From Gemmatimonadaceae bacterium (GTDB lineage Bacteria; Gemmatimonadota; Gemmatimonadetes; Gemmatimonadales; Gemmatimonadaceae), in contig JBBDYA010000100.1 of the NCBI GenBank assembly GCA_040902005.1, positions 25,442-89,441 on the forward strand: 64,000 bases of DNA. The letters are read 5' to 3'. The notes beneath the pieces were generated by a model. The model searched no databases, was not told where the DNA came from, and saw only the letters and a program-made list of their open reading frames with translations. This document shows, piece by piece, positions 41,947-51,780 of the stretch (positions are counted from its first letter, which is position 1; each line of letters opens with the position of its first letter). Position numbers and translations under genes: made by a program.

Positions 41947-42216
41947 ATGTCAATTCTCGCGTGGGTGGTGTTGGGCCTGATTGCCGGCGCCATCGCCAAG
42001 GCCGTGATGCCCGGCAAGGATCCCGGTGGCATCATCGTCACGATCCTCATCGGGATCGTGGGCGCCTTCCTCGGCGGCTTCCTGGGCAACATGATTGCCG
42101 GAACTGGGCTGAACGGATTCTCGCTGTGGAGCATTCTGCTCTCGGTCGTGGGTGCGGTCCTCCTGCTCTGGATCTATCGAGTGGCCACCCGGCGCAGGGG
42201 AACGTCTACCCTGTAG
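41947..42216 (+). CDS. GlsB/YeaQ/YmgE stress membrane protein
   Basis: WVVLGLIAGAIAKAVMPGKDPGG...GIVGAFLGG...GAVLLL. Confidence 0.93.
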   Translation: MSILAWVVLGLIAGAIAKAVMPGKDPGGIIVTILIGIVGAFLGGFLGNMIAGTGLNGFSLWSILLSVVGAVLLLWIYRVATRRRGTSTL

Positions 42217-42299
42217 CGGCAACAGGCGAGGCGAGTCGGCCAGTTCCTCGGCCGCCTCGTCCCGGCCTGCAGGGAGTGCCCCGGAACTAGATTGCGTGG

Positions 42300-45191
42300 G
42301 TGAAGGACTCCATCATCATTCGGGGCGCGAGACAGCACAATCTCAAAGGGTTCGACCTCGAGATCCCGCGCCGTTCCTTCACCGTCATCACCGGCCCGTC
42401 CGGCTCGGGCAAGTCCTCGCTCGCCTTCGACACCATCTACGCCGAGGGGCAGCGGCGGTACGTGGAGTCACTGTCGGCTTATGCGCGCCAGTTTCTCGAG
42501 CGCATGGAGAAGCCCGACGTCGATGTGATCGAGGGCCTGTCTCCCGCGGTGGCCATCGAGCAGAAGAACCCCACCAGGACATCGCGCTCCACGGTAGGGA
42601 CGGCCACCGAAATCCACGATTATCTCAGGTTGTTGTGGGCACGCATCGGACGCACGCACTGCCGCGTGTGCGACCGCGAGCTGTCGCCCGACACCGTCCA
42701 GTCGGTCACCGACGCCGTGATGGAACTTCCCGCCGGCACCAGATTCTCGGTGGCCTTCCCGCTCCGGTTCTCCGAGGCCGTCACGCACCAGGTGATCGCG
42801 GAGAACCTGCGGGCCCAGGGGTTCGTCCGCATCGACGTGGGCGGCGCGACCACGCACCTCGATGAACTCGCCGCGGGAACGGACCTGACCAGGGTCGCGC
42901 ATCCGCTGGTGGTCGTGGACCGGCTCGCGGCGGATGCCACCGGCCGCGGCCGGCTCGCGGACGCCATCGCCACGGCCTTCCGCGAGGGGGACGGCGACTG
43001 CGTGATCATCCTGAAGCAACCCCGCGCAACGGCGCGCGCACCGCAGCCCGTCCGGCACTGGCGCTTCACCGAGCGCTTCGAGTGCCCGGACGACGGTACG
43101 CGCGCGCCCTCGCCGACACCACAGCTGTTCTCGTTCAACAGTCCGCGCGGCGCCTGCCCAGCATGCAACGGGTTCGGAGCGATCCTCGAGTACGACGAGG
43201 CGCTCATCGTCCCGCACCCGGAACGAACCCTTGGCGACGGCGCCATCGACCCGTGGACCATGCCGCGGTACGACAACAAGCGGCGCGCCCTCGCGGAATT
43301 CGCAAAGCGCGAGGGCATCCCCATGGACGTGCCGTGGTCCCGTCTCGCGAGCACCGCACGCGACCGGCTGCTCCGCGGAAAGGCCAGAGGATACAAGGGC
43401 ATCTTCCCGTTCCTCGAGGATCTCGAGGAGAAGCGATACAAGCAGTACATCCGAGTCTTCCTGCGACGGTACCAGTCTGCCCGCACATGCCCCGCGTGCG
43501 CGGGTGCCAGGCTCCAGCCCGACGCCCTCCAGGTGCGCATCGCGGGCCGACGCATCGCGCAGGTCTCGGATCTGGCGATCGACCGGCTGCTCCCCTGGCT
43601 GGACGCGCTCGAGCTCACGCCGTTCGAACGCGGCGTCGCGGGCCATCTCGTGGCGGAGGCGCGCGGCCGGGTGCAGTTCCTCAGCGATGTGGGGCTCGAT
43701 TACCTCACGCTCAACCGCGCGACCCGCACGCTCTCGGGCGGCGAAGCGCAGCGGATCGGGTTGGCGAATTCCCTCGGGGCGCGCCTGGTGGACACGCTCT
43801 ACGTCCTGGATGAACCGTCCATCGGCCTGCACGCGCGCGACATGTCGCGATTACTGCGCCTGTTGCTGCGCCTGCGTGACGCCGGCAACACGGTGCTGGT
43901 GGTCGAACATGATCTGGAGGCGATGCGCGCCGCGGACTTCATGGTGGAGCTGGGACCCGGCAGCGGCGCACTCGGTGGAGCGATCGTGTTCGCCGGCCCC
44001 ATGAGCCGTGTCGCCGAGAGTCCCCTGACGGGCCAGTATCTCACCGGAGCACGGTCAATCGCGCTCCCGCGCGCGCGCCGCAAGGTCGGTCCGCGCTGGC
44101 TCACGCTGACCGGGGCGCGAGAGCACAACCTTCGCGGCATCGACCTGAAGATTCCCCTGGGCGCGGTCACGGTGATCACCGGTGTGTCCGGTTCGGGCAA
44201 GAGCACGCTGGTCTACGACGTCCTGCTGCGCGCCCTGGAGACACGACTGCACGGCGAGCACACCGCCAAGCGGCACCTGGGCGAGCGGGTGGGCGCGTAT
44301 GACGCGATCCGCGGATTCGAGGGGCTGGATGACGTGGTCTGCGTCGACCAGTCGCCCATCGCCAAGTCGCCGCGCTCGAACCCGGTGACCTACGTGAAGG
44401 CCTTCGACGATATCCGCCGCCTGTTCGCGAATGCCCCGCTCGCGCGCCAGCGGCGCTACACCCCCGGCACGTTCAGCTTCAATGTGGCCGGCGGTCGCTG
44501 CGACACGTGCGAAGGTGCGGGCCATCTCGAGGTGGAGATGGTCTTCATGGCGGACGTCTACGTGCCGTGTGATGACTGCGGCGGAAAGCGGTTCCGCGCA
44601 GACGTGCTCGAGGTCACGGTCGCTGGCCGCAACATTCATCAGGTGCTCGAGCTCACGGTCGATGAAGCCATCCGGGCGTTTCCACGTGAGGAAAAACTTG
44701 GCCAGGCGCTGTGGCACCTCCAGCAGGTTGGCCTCGGGTACCTCCGCCTCGGGCAGCCCGCCACGACGCTGTCGGGCGGCGAGGCCCAGCGCATGAAGAT
44801 CGCGCGTGAACTGGCGACGGCCGGACGCAAGAGCGGTCGCAAGCTGTACCTCATGGACGAACCGACCACGGGACTCCACCTCGAGGACATCCGGAATCTC
44901 GCGCAGGTGTTCGATCGTCTGGTGGACGCGGGACACACGCTCGTCCTGATCGAGCACAACCTCGATGTGATCAAGCTGGCCGACTGGATCGTGGACCTTG
45001 GACCCGAGGGCGGTGATGGCGGCGGCGAGATCGTGGCGCAGGGACGTCCGGAGGACGTTGCGACCGTGGATAGGTCCCATACGGGACGCTGGCTTCGCAC
45101 GGTGCTTCCCGCTAATTTTCGCGGTTCAGCAGCACCGATCCCCAGTAGCTCAGCTGGTCAGAGCATTCGACTGTTAATCGAAGGGTCGTAG
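42300..45191 (+). CDS. uvrA: Excinuclease ABC subunit A
   Basis: GARQHNLK, two ABC cassettes (GSGKS, LSGGEAQR), zinc fingers, FSFNSPRGAC. Confidence 0.97.
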   Translation: MKDSIIIRGARQHNLKGFDLEIPRRSFTVITGPSGSGKSSLAFDTIYAEGQRRYVESLSAYARQFLERMEKPDVDVIEGLSPAVAIEQKNPTRTSRSTVGTATEIHDYLRLLWARIGRTHCRVCDRELSPDTVQSVTDAVMELPAGTRFSVAFPLRFSEAVTHQVIAENLRAQGFVRIDVGGATTHLDELAAGTDLTRVAHPLVVVDRLAADATGRGRLADAIATAFREGDGDCVIILKQPRATARAPQPVRHWRFTERFECPDDGTRAPSPTPQLFSFNSPRGACPACNGFGAILEYDEALIVPHPERTLGDGAIDPWTMPRYDNKRRALAEFAKREGIPMDVPWSRLASTARDRLLRGKARGYKGIFPFLEDLEEKRYKQYIRVFLRRYQSARTCPACAGARLQPDALQVRIAGRRIAQVSDLAIDRLLPWLDALELTPFERGVAGHLVAEARGRVQFLSDVGLDYLTLNRATRTLSGGEAQRIGLANSLGARLVDTLYVLDEPSIGLHARDMSRLLRLLLRLRDAGNTVLVVEHDLEAMRAADFMVELGPGSGALGGAIVFAGPMSRVAESPLTGQYLTGARSIALPRARRKVGPRWLTLTGAREHNLRGIDLKIPLGAVTVITGVSGSGKSTLVYDVLLRALETRLHGEHTAKRHLGERVGAYDAIRGFEGLDDVVCVDQSPIAKSPRSNPVTYVKAFDDIRRLFANAPLARQRRYTPGTFSFNVAGGRCDTCEGAGHLEVEMVFMADVYVPCDDCGGKRFRADVLEVTVAGRNIHQVLELTVDEAIRAFPREEKLGQALWHLQQVGLGYLRLGQPATTLSGGEAQRMKIARELATAGRKSGRKLYLMDEPTTGLHLEDIRNLAQVFDRLVDAGHTLVLIEHNLDVIKLADWIVDLGPEGGDGGGEIVAQGRPEDVATVDRSHTGRWLRTVLPANFRGSAAPIPSSSAGQSIRLLIEGS

Positions 45192-45212
45192 GTTCAAATC
45201 CTACCTGGGGAG
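45139..45212 (+). tRNA. tRNA-Asn (GTT)
   Basis: Acceptor stem TCCCCAG/CTGGGGA, anticodon loop CTGTTAA, T-loop GGTTCAAATCC; CCA not encoded. Confidence 0.97.
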
Positions 45213-45238
45213 CTCGATGGACGCTCGCGCCCCGTGAC

Positions 45239-45270
45239 AACGGCGGCCCGCATACGCGGTGCCGCCGTTT
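45239..45270. terminator. Hairpin between tRNA-Asn and the convergent pilin gene
   Basis: AACGGCGGC-CCGC-ATAC-GCGG-T-GCCGCCGTT. Confidence 0.6.
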
Positions 45271-45277
45271 CCCGTTC

Positions 45278-45736
45278 TTAGAACCCCGAGATGATGTACA
45301 TCAGCTTGCCGTTGTACATCAGGGTTGTGCCAGGTCCGAGTCGCTGGGCCGCCGTCTGCTCGAGCTTCTTGTCAGTCGTCTTGGCGGACACGCCCACGAT
45401 TGGCTCTCTCGGGGTTCTCGGCGCGGGTCGGATCTTGACGTTCTCGTAATCAAGCTTCCAGTCCTGCTTCGAGAAGCTGAACGTACCGGGGAGATAGCTC
45501 TTCAGGTTGCGGGGCATCTTGCCGGTGCCTGCTTCACGAGGATAGTAGCCACTGTCCAGGGCAAAATTCATTGCTGCGTTGCGCACCACGGTAAAGTCCC
45601 CAATGAGCCGTGCCGTCATCGCCTGACGCTTGAGTTCCTGATACTTCGGGACCGCGATGCCTGCAAGCAGGGCGACGATGGTCACGGAGACGAGCAGTTC
45701 GACGAAGGTGAATCCGCGCCTGCGCTGGATGCTCAT
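45278..45736 (-). CDS. Type IV pilin / type II secretion pseudopilin
   Basis: Class III signal RRG|FTFVELL followed by a hydrophobic helix. Confidence 0.9.
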   Translation of the reverse strand: MSIQRRRGFTFVELLVSVTIVALLAGIAVPKYQELKRQAMTARLIGDFTVVRNAAMNFALDSGYYPREAGTGKMPRNLKSYLPGTFSFSKQDWKLDYENVKIRPAPRTPREPIVGVSAKTTDKKLEQTAAQRLGPGTTLMYNGKLMYIISGF

Positions 45737-46266
45737 CGCTGGCGTCCCTGCATGATGGAAATGCTCCGGCCAAGAAACGCTTCGAAATCATCGGTCGACG
45801 CGAGCGTCAGCGCGTTCCCCCCACGTTGCATGGTCAGGACGAACGCGGTGTCTCCGACGAGTTCGTACCGGATCCCGGGAGTATCCTCGTCAAGCGCATC
45901 GAGGGATGACGGATAGAACCCTTCATCCAGCCGATACATCTCCAGGCGCTGCGCGAACATGTACAGCGCGAAGCGCGACGTCGCCTCGGCTTCGGTTGGC
46001 GGCATGACGCGGGGTGCTGGACCCCAGATGAACGCCGGTTTGGCAATCCACGAGTACGCGCTCAGCGCGACCGCCGGCACGCAAAGGCACGCGGCGAGAA
46101 TGATTCTGGCGCGGCGCGAACCGAGGGAACGCGGCGCGGTGATTTCGCGCTGGACGCTCACCGCGTGATCCATGACGTCACGCAATATCAGCGCGCGCTC
46201 CAAGTCCGCCTCAACCTTGGGCTCGGTGCCAGCCGTGTGTCCTGATGGCTTCGGGTGCTTCGTCAT
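45733..46266 (-). CDS. Membrane-anchored hypothetical protein with GspG-like segment
   Basis: One TM segment; [22 protein letters not shown] overlap with the pilin gene. Confidence 0.65.
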   Translation of the reverse strand: MTKHPKPSGHTAGTEPKVEADLERALILRDVMDHAVSVQREITAPRSLGSRRARIILAACLCVPAVALSAYSWIAKPAFIWGPAPRVMPPTEAEATSRFALYMFAQRLEMYRLDEGFYPSSLDALDEDTPGIRYELVGDTAFVLTMQRGGNALTLASTDDFEAFLGRSISIMQGRQR

Positions 46267-46417
46267 GGGCTGGACCCCGCGTCGTCGCGAGCACCGAGAG
46301 GGTTGGGTTGCGAACTCCCGAAATCACACTGATTGCGATGCGTCAGGCAAGGAATCGTGTGGGGCGATCCCCGGGTGGACGTATATTGTCTCCTCGGTCC
46401 CGCTCGCACCTTCCTAC

Positions 46418-46966
46418 ATGCCAAAACGCGACAAGCCATCTTCTCCTGGCCGCGATCACGCCTCCGCCGGCGACGGCAGGCCGCTCGTCGGCGTGATCAT
46501 GGGGAGCCGCTCTGATCTCAAGCACATGGGCCCCGGGATCGAGCTGCTGAAGGAACTGGGCGTGCCTCATGAGGTCCGGATCGTGTCCGCCCACCGGACG
46601 CCCGACTGGATGTTCGAGTATGCCGGTACCGCGGAAGCGCGCGGCATCGAGGTGATCATCGCTGCCGCCGGCGGATCCGCACACCTGCCGGGCATGGTCG
46701 CGGCCAAGTGCGTGATCCCGGTGTTGGGCGTGCCGATGCCCGCCACCGCGCTCAACGGCGTGGATGCCCTGCTATCCATCGTCCAGATGCCCCGTGGCGT
46801 GCCGGTGGGCACGCTGGCCATCGGAGAGCCGGGCGCGGCGAACGCCGCCCTCCTGGCCACGGCGATCGTCTCCCGCGGCCGCCCCGAGCTCCGCGAGCGG
46901 CTCCGCGCCTGGCGCGCCGGCCGCACCGAGGAGGTGCTACAGCACCGCGAGGTCAGCGACTCGTGA
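46418..46966 (+). CDS. purE: N5-CAIR mutase
   Basis: [28 protein letters not shown]. Confidence 0.97.
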   Translation: MPKRDKPSSPGRDHASAGDGRPLVGVIMGSRSDLKHMGPGIELLKELGVPHEVRIVSAHRTPDWMFEYAGTAEARGIEVIIAAAGGSAHLPGMVAAKCVIPVLGVPMPATALNGVDALLSIVQMPRGVPVGTLAIGEPGAANAALLATAIVSRGRPELRERLRAWRAGRTEEVLQHREVSDS

Positions 46967-47014
46967 CGCCTGAGGTCTCCTCGCTGATCGTTGGCCCGGA
47001 CCGCTAGCGCCCGC

Positions 47015-48208
47015 GTGTCCGTCATACTGCCAGGCGCAACGATCGGCATCCTCGGCGGCGGACAGCTGGGCCGCATGACGGCGCTCGCCGCCCGATCGAT
47101 GGGATACCGGGTGCACGTGCTGGATCCGGACGCGGAGTGCGCCGCGGCCGCCGTCGCCGACCGCTGCGTCACCGCGCCCTTCGACGACACCGATGCGGCG
47201 CGCGACCTGGCCAGACAGTGCGACGTCATCACGCTCGAAATCGAGCAGATCGCCACCGCGGTGATCGACGCCGCGGGGACGCACGCCCCCGCGCGGCCGG
47301 GAGCACACGTCGTGGGCGTCGTGCAGGATCGCGCCCGCCAGAAACAGTGGCTCGAACGGCATGGCTTTCCGCTCGGGGCCTATCGCGCGGTGAACAGCGC
47401 GAGCGACATCGCCGACGCGGTGCGTGCTTTTGGCGAGTGCTTCGTGAAATCGTGTCGGGGCGGGTACGACGGACGCAGCCAGGTACTCGTGAAGGAGGCG
47501 GACGCCGCCGGCGACGCCTGGCGGGCACTCGGAGAACGCCCGGCGGTGGCCGAGCGCGCGCTGTCCCTTGCCGCGGAGCTCTCCGTCATGGTCGCGCGGC
47601 GCCCGGGTGGGGCTGGGGGAGGCGAAACGCGGGTCTTCCCCATCGCGCTCAATCATCACGAGCGCCAGGTGCTGTCGTGGTCCGTGCTCCCGGCGCCGTT
47701 GCCCAGACCCGTGCTGCAGCAGGCGACGCAGATTGGCCGCGGCATCGCCGAACAACTGGCACTGGAAGGACTGCTCGCCGTCGAACTCTTCCTCACCGCG
47801 TCGGGAGACCTGTTCGTGAACGAGCTCGCGCCGCGCCCGCACAATTCCTTTCACTCCACCGAACGCGCGTGCGTGACGAGCCAGTTCGAGCAGCTCACAC
47901 GCGCGGTGTGTGACCTGCCGCTCGGCGACACCAGCGTGGTGCGTCCCGCGGCGATCGTCAACGTGTTCGGCGATCTGTGGACTGGCGATGCGAAGCCCCC
48001 CCCCCCGTTCGATGCCGCCCTCACCGATCCGGTCGTCAGGCTGCACCTCTACGGCAAGAAGGGCGCGCGCGCCGGCCGCAAGATGGGGCACATATCGGCG
48101 ATCGGTGGCTCCGCGTGGGACGCGCTCGCGATCGCGCGGGCCGCGGCCAAGCGGATTGGCGTGTCCACGGAAGACGTTCCCGCGCAGGTCCGGGAACTGG
48201 GCGCATGA
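47015..48208 (+). CDS. purK: N5-CAIR synthetase
   Basis: GILGGGQLGRM, GGYDGR, NELAPRPHNS, HLYGK, GRKMGH. Confidence 0.96.
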   Translation: MSVILPGATIGILGGGQLGRMTALAARSMGYRVHVLDPDAECAAAAVADRCVTAPFDDTDAARDLARQCDVITLEIEQIATAVIDAAGTHAPARPGAHVVGVVQDRARQKQWLERHGFPLGAYRAVNSASDIADAVRAFGECFVKSCRGGYDGRSQVLVKEADAAGDAWRALGERPAVAERALSLAAELSVMVARRPGGAGGGETRVFPIALNHHERQVLSWSVLPAPLPRPVLQQATQIGRGIAEQLALEGLLAVELFLTASGDLFVNELAPRPHNSFHSTERACVTSQFEQLTRAVCDLPLGDTSVVRPAAIVNVFGDLWTGDAKPPPPFDAALTDPVVRLHLYGKKGARAGRKMGHISAIGGSAWDALAIARAAAKRIGVSTEDVPAQVRELGA

Positions 48209-49323
48209 CGGTGGGCCGGCTCGAGGATTTCGCGCTCGAGCGGTACTTCGCGCGCTGGGAATTCGCGGTGAAGCACCAACTCAGCGCGTCGGACGTGGAG
48301 CCGCTCACGCTGAACGCCCTCCTGGGGCTGGCGGATGACGATGCCCGCGCCCGCTGGAATGCCCTCACGCTCGGGTACACGGAATCCACCGGGCTGCCCG
48401 CCCTGCGGCAGGCGATCGCCGCGCAATACGACATGGTTGGAGCGGACCAGGTCGTGGTGACCGCTGGAGCCGAAGAGGGAATCTTCCTCGCGATGCACGC
48501 CCTGCTCGGCCCAGCGGATGCGGCCATCGTGGTCGCTCCGGCATATCAATCGCTGCATGCGGTTGCCCGCTCGATCGGCGCCACCGTGACGATGGTGCCT
48601 CTGCGCGCAGAGGCGGGATGGCGGCTCGACCCGGAGGAGATCGCCCGCGCCGTCACGCCGCGCACCCGCGTCATCGTCGTCAACTTTCCCCACAATCCCA
48701 CCGGCGCGCACATCACCGCGACCGATCAGCGGCGCCTGCTGGAGATCGCCGACGGCGCGGGCGCCGTCCTGTTCTCCGACGAGGTCTATCGCGGCCTCGA
48801 GCACGATCCCACGGAGCGGCTACCGCCGGCGGCCGACCTCTCGGATCGCGCGGTGAGTCTGGGCGTCATGTCCAAGGCGTTCGCGCTCGCGGGACTCCGT
48901 ATCGGGTGGATCGCCACGCGCAACGACGCCGTACGTCAGGGGGTGGCGCGGCTGAAGGACTACACCTCGATCTGCGCCAGCGCGCCCTCGGAGATCCTGT
49001 CCCTCATCGCGCTGCGCGCCCGCGACGCCCTGCTCGAGCGATCGCGAGCGATCGTGGCAGCCAACATGCGCGTCGCAGGCGACTTCATGGCATCGCACGC
49101 TGACGCCGTGGAGTGGGTGCCCGCGCGCGCGGGGAGCACCGCCTTCCCCCGCTTTCTCGCGCGGGACGCCGATCGCGTTTCCGATGACCTGGCGCGGCGC
49201 GAAAGCGTGCTGCTCATCCCGGGAAGCGTGTTTGGATCGGACGCGTCGCACTTTCGACTGGGCCTCGGACGGCGCGACTTCCCGGTCGCGATTCGCGCGC
49301 TGGACCGAGTGCTCAGATCGTGA
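48205..49323 (+). CDS. Class I/II PLP aminotransferase
   Basis: NFPHNPTG, DEVY, MSKAFALAGLRIGW. Confidence 0.93.
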   Translation: MTVGRLEDFALERYFARWEFAVKHQLSASDVEPLTLNALLGLADDDARARWNALTLGYTESTGLPALRQAIAAQYDMVGADQVVVTAGAEEGIFLAMHALLGPADAAIVVAPAYQSLHAVARSIGATVTMVPLRAEAGWRLDPEEIARAVTPRTRVIVVNFPHNPTGAHITATDQRRLLEIADGAGAVLFSDEVYRGLEHDPTERLPPAADLSDRAVSLGVMSKAFALAGLRIGWIATRNDAVRQGVARLKDYTSICASAPSEILSLIALRARDALLERSRAIVAANMRVAGDFMASHADAVEWVPARAGSTAFPRFLARDADRVSDDLARRESVLLIPGSVFGSDASHFRLGLGRRDFPVAIRALDRVLRS

Positions 49324-49949
49324 CCCACCGCATCATGATTCAGGCACCACGCTTGCCAGCGTCCCGTGCCATGAGCAAGCGTGGCAAGCGCTGGAGTCGG
49401 CTGGCGACCTCGGCAGTCATTGCCGGGGCGGCGGCGCCCGGGGTGCTGCGATGGGTACGACGCGCCGGCGCCGCCAGACGGGCCGTGGACATGCGAATGA
49501 CGGTCGTGGTCGAGCGGCCCATTCATGACGTCTTCGCGTTCTGCCACGACTTCGAGAACTTTCCGGAAGTCATGAACATCCCGCTCAGCATCACGGACTC
49601 GCAGGACGGCCGGTCACACTGGGCGGTCCGGTCGCCGACCGGGCAGACCATTCAGTGGGACGCGATGGTCACCAAGTACGTGCCCAATTCCGTGATTGCC
49701 TGGGAAAGCGTTCCGGACGCGCCGGTGTACGCCAGCGGACTCATGCGGTTTGCCCCGCTTTCGTCCGCGGAAACCCGCGTCGACATCGCACTGACGTATC
49801 GGCCGTGTGACACGGCGCTGGCCGAGGCGCTCAGGGCGCTGCTCGCCCCGAGCAATACGGACCGGCTGCGGTCGGATCTGCAGGACGCGTCTCATGACCT
49901 GAAGCGGCATCCGATGCCAGCAGCCGGCGCCCTCGGTCCGGCGGCCTAG
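49320..49949 (+). CDS. SRPBCC/polyketide cyclase-like protein
   Basis: VERPIHDVF..DFENFPEVM, SHW, WDA, IAWES. Confidence 0.85.
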   Translation: MTHRIMIQAPRLPASRAMSKRGKRWSRLATSAVIAGAAAPGVLRWVRRAGAARRAVDMRMTVVVERPIHDVFAFCHDFENFPEVMNIPLSITDSQDGRSHWAVRSPTGQTIQWDAMVTKYVPNSVIAWESVPDAPVYASGLMRFAPLSSAETRVDIALTYRPCDTALAEALRALLAPSNTDRLRSDLQDASHDLKRHPMPAAGALGPAA

Positions 49950-50770
49950 GAACTCGCGGATGCACGATGGTCCGAACGCCGCTCTCCCTGGCGCCGCTCC
50001 GCGATCCCCGTGCTGCTGACGGAACGCCCCTCCCCCGCGCGCACTTCCACGATGCGAAGGGGCAACTGTCCAGGACGTGACGCCTTCAGCAGTGGCAGCG
50101 ACACGTTGTACACCGGACACCCTGTGCTGGTGGCTCCCTCCAGCGAACCACTGTGCGCATGGCCGTGGAAGACCGCGGTCACGTCGTATCGCGACAGCGG
50201 CTCTTCGAGACGACTCGATCCGAGGAACGGGTAGAGCTCGAGCGCCTCGCCCTCGACGGTCTCGCGGATGGGCGCATAGTGGATGACGGCAATGCGGTGC
50301 TCCGTCCTGAGGCGCGCGAGCGCGGCTTCGAGCTTGAGTGACTCGCTGATCGCCTCGTGGACGAACGCCTTGATCACCGGCTCGCCCCAGGCCCCCAGCG
50401 CGCCACGTCCGAACCCGCCACAAAACCCGCGAACACCGGCGAAGCCAATGCCGTGAATCTCGTGCGTGTCGCCGTCCAGCAAGCGCACGCCGGCATCGCC
50501 GAGGATCCGCACGATCTCCTTCTCCTCACCGGCCTCGAGATCGTGATTCCCGAGCACGCCAACGACGGGGATTCGAAGCGCCGTGGTGAGATCCCGCGCG
50601 AGTACCTTCGCCTCTTCCGCCAGGCCGAAGTCGGTGAGGTCGCCGGCCAGCACCAGGATATCGGCTGCTTCGGTGATCGCCTCGAACAGCGGCTGCAGCG
50701 CCCCCTGCGACGTCCTGCTGTAGTGGAGGTCGCTGATGGCGGCGATGCGAACGACGGCTGGGGCGGTCAT
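49946..50770 (-). CDS. Calcineurin-like metallophosphoesterase
   Basis: SDLH, AGDLT, GNHD, HYAP, HGHAH. Confidence 0.93.
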   Translation of the reverse strand: MTAPAVVRIAAISDLHYSRTSQGALQPLFEAITEAADILVLAGDLTDFGLAEEAKVLARDLTTALRIPVVGVLGNHDLEAGEEKEIVRILGDAGVRLLDGDTHEIHGIGFAGVRGFCGGFGRGALGAWGEPVIKAFVHEAISESLKLEAALARLRTEHRIAVIHYAPIRETVEGEALELYPFLGSSRLEEPLSRYDVTAVFHGHAHSGSLEGATSTGCPVYNVSLPLLKASRPGQLPLRIVEVRAGEGRSVSSTGIAERRQGERRSDHRASASS

Positions 50771-50905
50771 GAGGGAGGGTCGGAATGTGGGTGATTGGTC
50801 GGGGACATGAACATTCCGGGCCACAGCCACCGGGCTGTGCTGCTGGCTAGCCCTCGTCTTGCATCCGGAGTACGCACGAGCGCCACCGACCCGAACCACA
50901 CGTGC

Positions 50906-51712
50906 ATGGCCTTCCAGTCAACACTCAACGATCCCGGTCACGACACCAATACGTTCTATCGCCGTACACTGCACGTGCTGAGTGAATCGCAAGTGGAGTT
51001 TCTGGTCGGCGGCTCGCATGCGTATCTGGAATACACCGGCATTGTGCGCAACACGAAGGACTTCGACCTGTTCGTGCGCCCCAGGGATCTGGAGCGCGCG
51101 CTCCGGGCGCTTGCGGACGCAGGATACCGCACGGAAATCACCTTCCGACACTGGCTGGCCAAGGCACACGAGTCAGGGGACAACGTGGACCTGGTCTTTG
51201 GGTCGGGCAATGGCGCGTGTCGGGTGGACGACGACTGGTTCGATCACGCCGTGGAAGCCGACGTCCTCGGCATGCCGGTGAAGATCGCGCCGATCGAGGA
51301 GCTCCTCTGGCAGAAATCCTTCGTGATGGAGCGAGAGCGCTTCGACGGTGCTGACGTCATGCATCTCATCCGCCATCGCGCCGATGCGATCGACTGGGAG
51401 CGGTTGCTCCGGCGCTACGACCGCTATTGGCCGCTATTGCTGACGTACCTCACGATGTTCACGTTCATCTACCCGTCCGAGCGCCACCGCATCCCGGCGC
51501 GGCTGTTCGATGAGTTGACGACGCGGTTCCAACACCTGCTCGCCACGGAGGCCAGCGGCGAGCGCGTGTGCCAGGGGACACTCGTCTCGCGCGGCCAATA
51601 CATGGTGGACATCGGACAGCACGGCTTCGCCGACGCCCGCATCGCGCCCCGCGGCAACATGACGCCAGAGGATTGCGTCTACTGGACGTGGGCGATCGAG
51701 AACGTCGAGTAG
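50906..51712 (+). CDS. Pol-beta superfamily nucleotidyltransferase
   Basis: FLVGGSHA...RNTKDFDLF, VDLVF, KSF...RFDGAD, IDW. Confidence 0.85.
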   Translation: MAFQSTLNDPGHDTNTFYRRTLHVLSESQVEFLVGGSHAYLEYTGIVRNTKDFDLFVRPRDLERALRALADAGYRTEITFRHWLAKAHESGDNVDLVFGSGNGACRVDDDWFDHAVEADVLGMPVKIAPIEELLWQKSFVMERERFDGADVMHLIRHRADAIDWERLLRRYDRYWPLLLTYLTMFTFIYPSERHRIPARLFDELTTRFQHLLATEASGERVCQGTLVSRGQYMVDIGQHGFADARIAPRGNMTPEDCVYWTWAIENVE

Positions 51713-51780
51713 ACGGGCTGGTGGTTCCAACCACCGGCCGCCTGCGGGTGTCTACCCACCGATACCATCGGAGACCTCGA

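Noticed and set aside
46340..46365. sigma54-like site upstream of the pilin pair (minus strand CACACGATTCCTTGC)
   Set aside because: Lacks the invariant GG at -24
47996..48006. C11 tract in purK
   Set aside because: In frame (KPPPP) in an intact housekeeping gene; no evidence of phase variation
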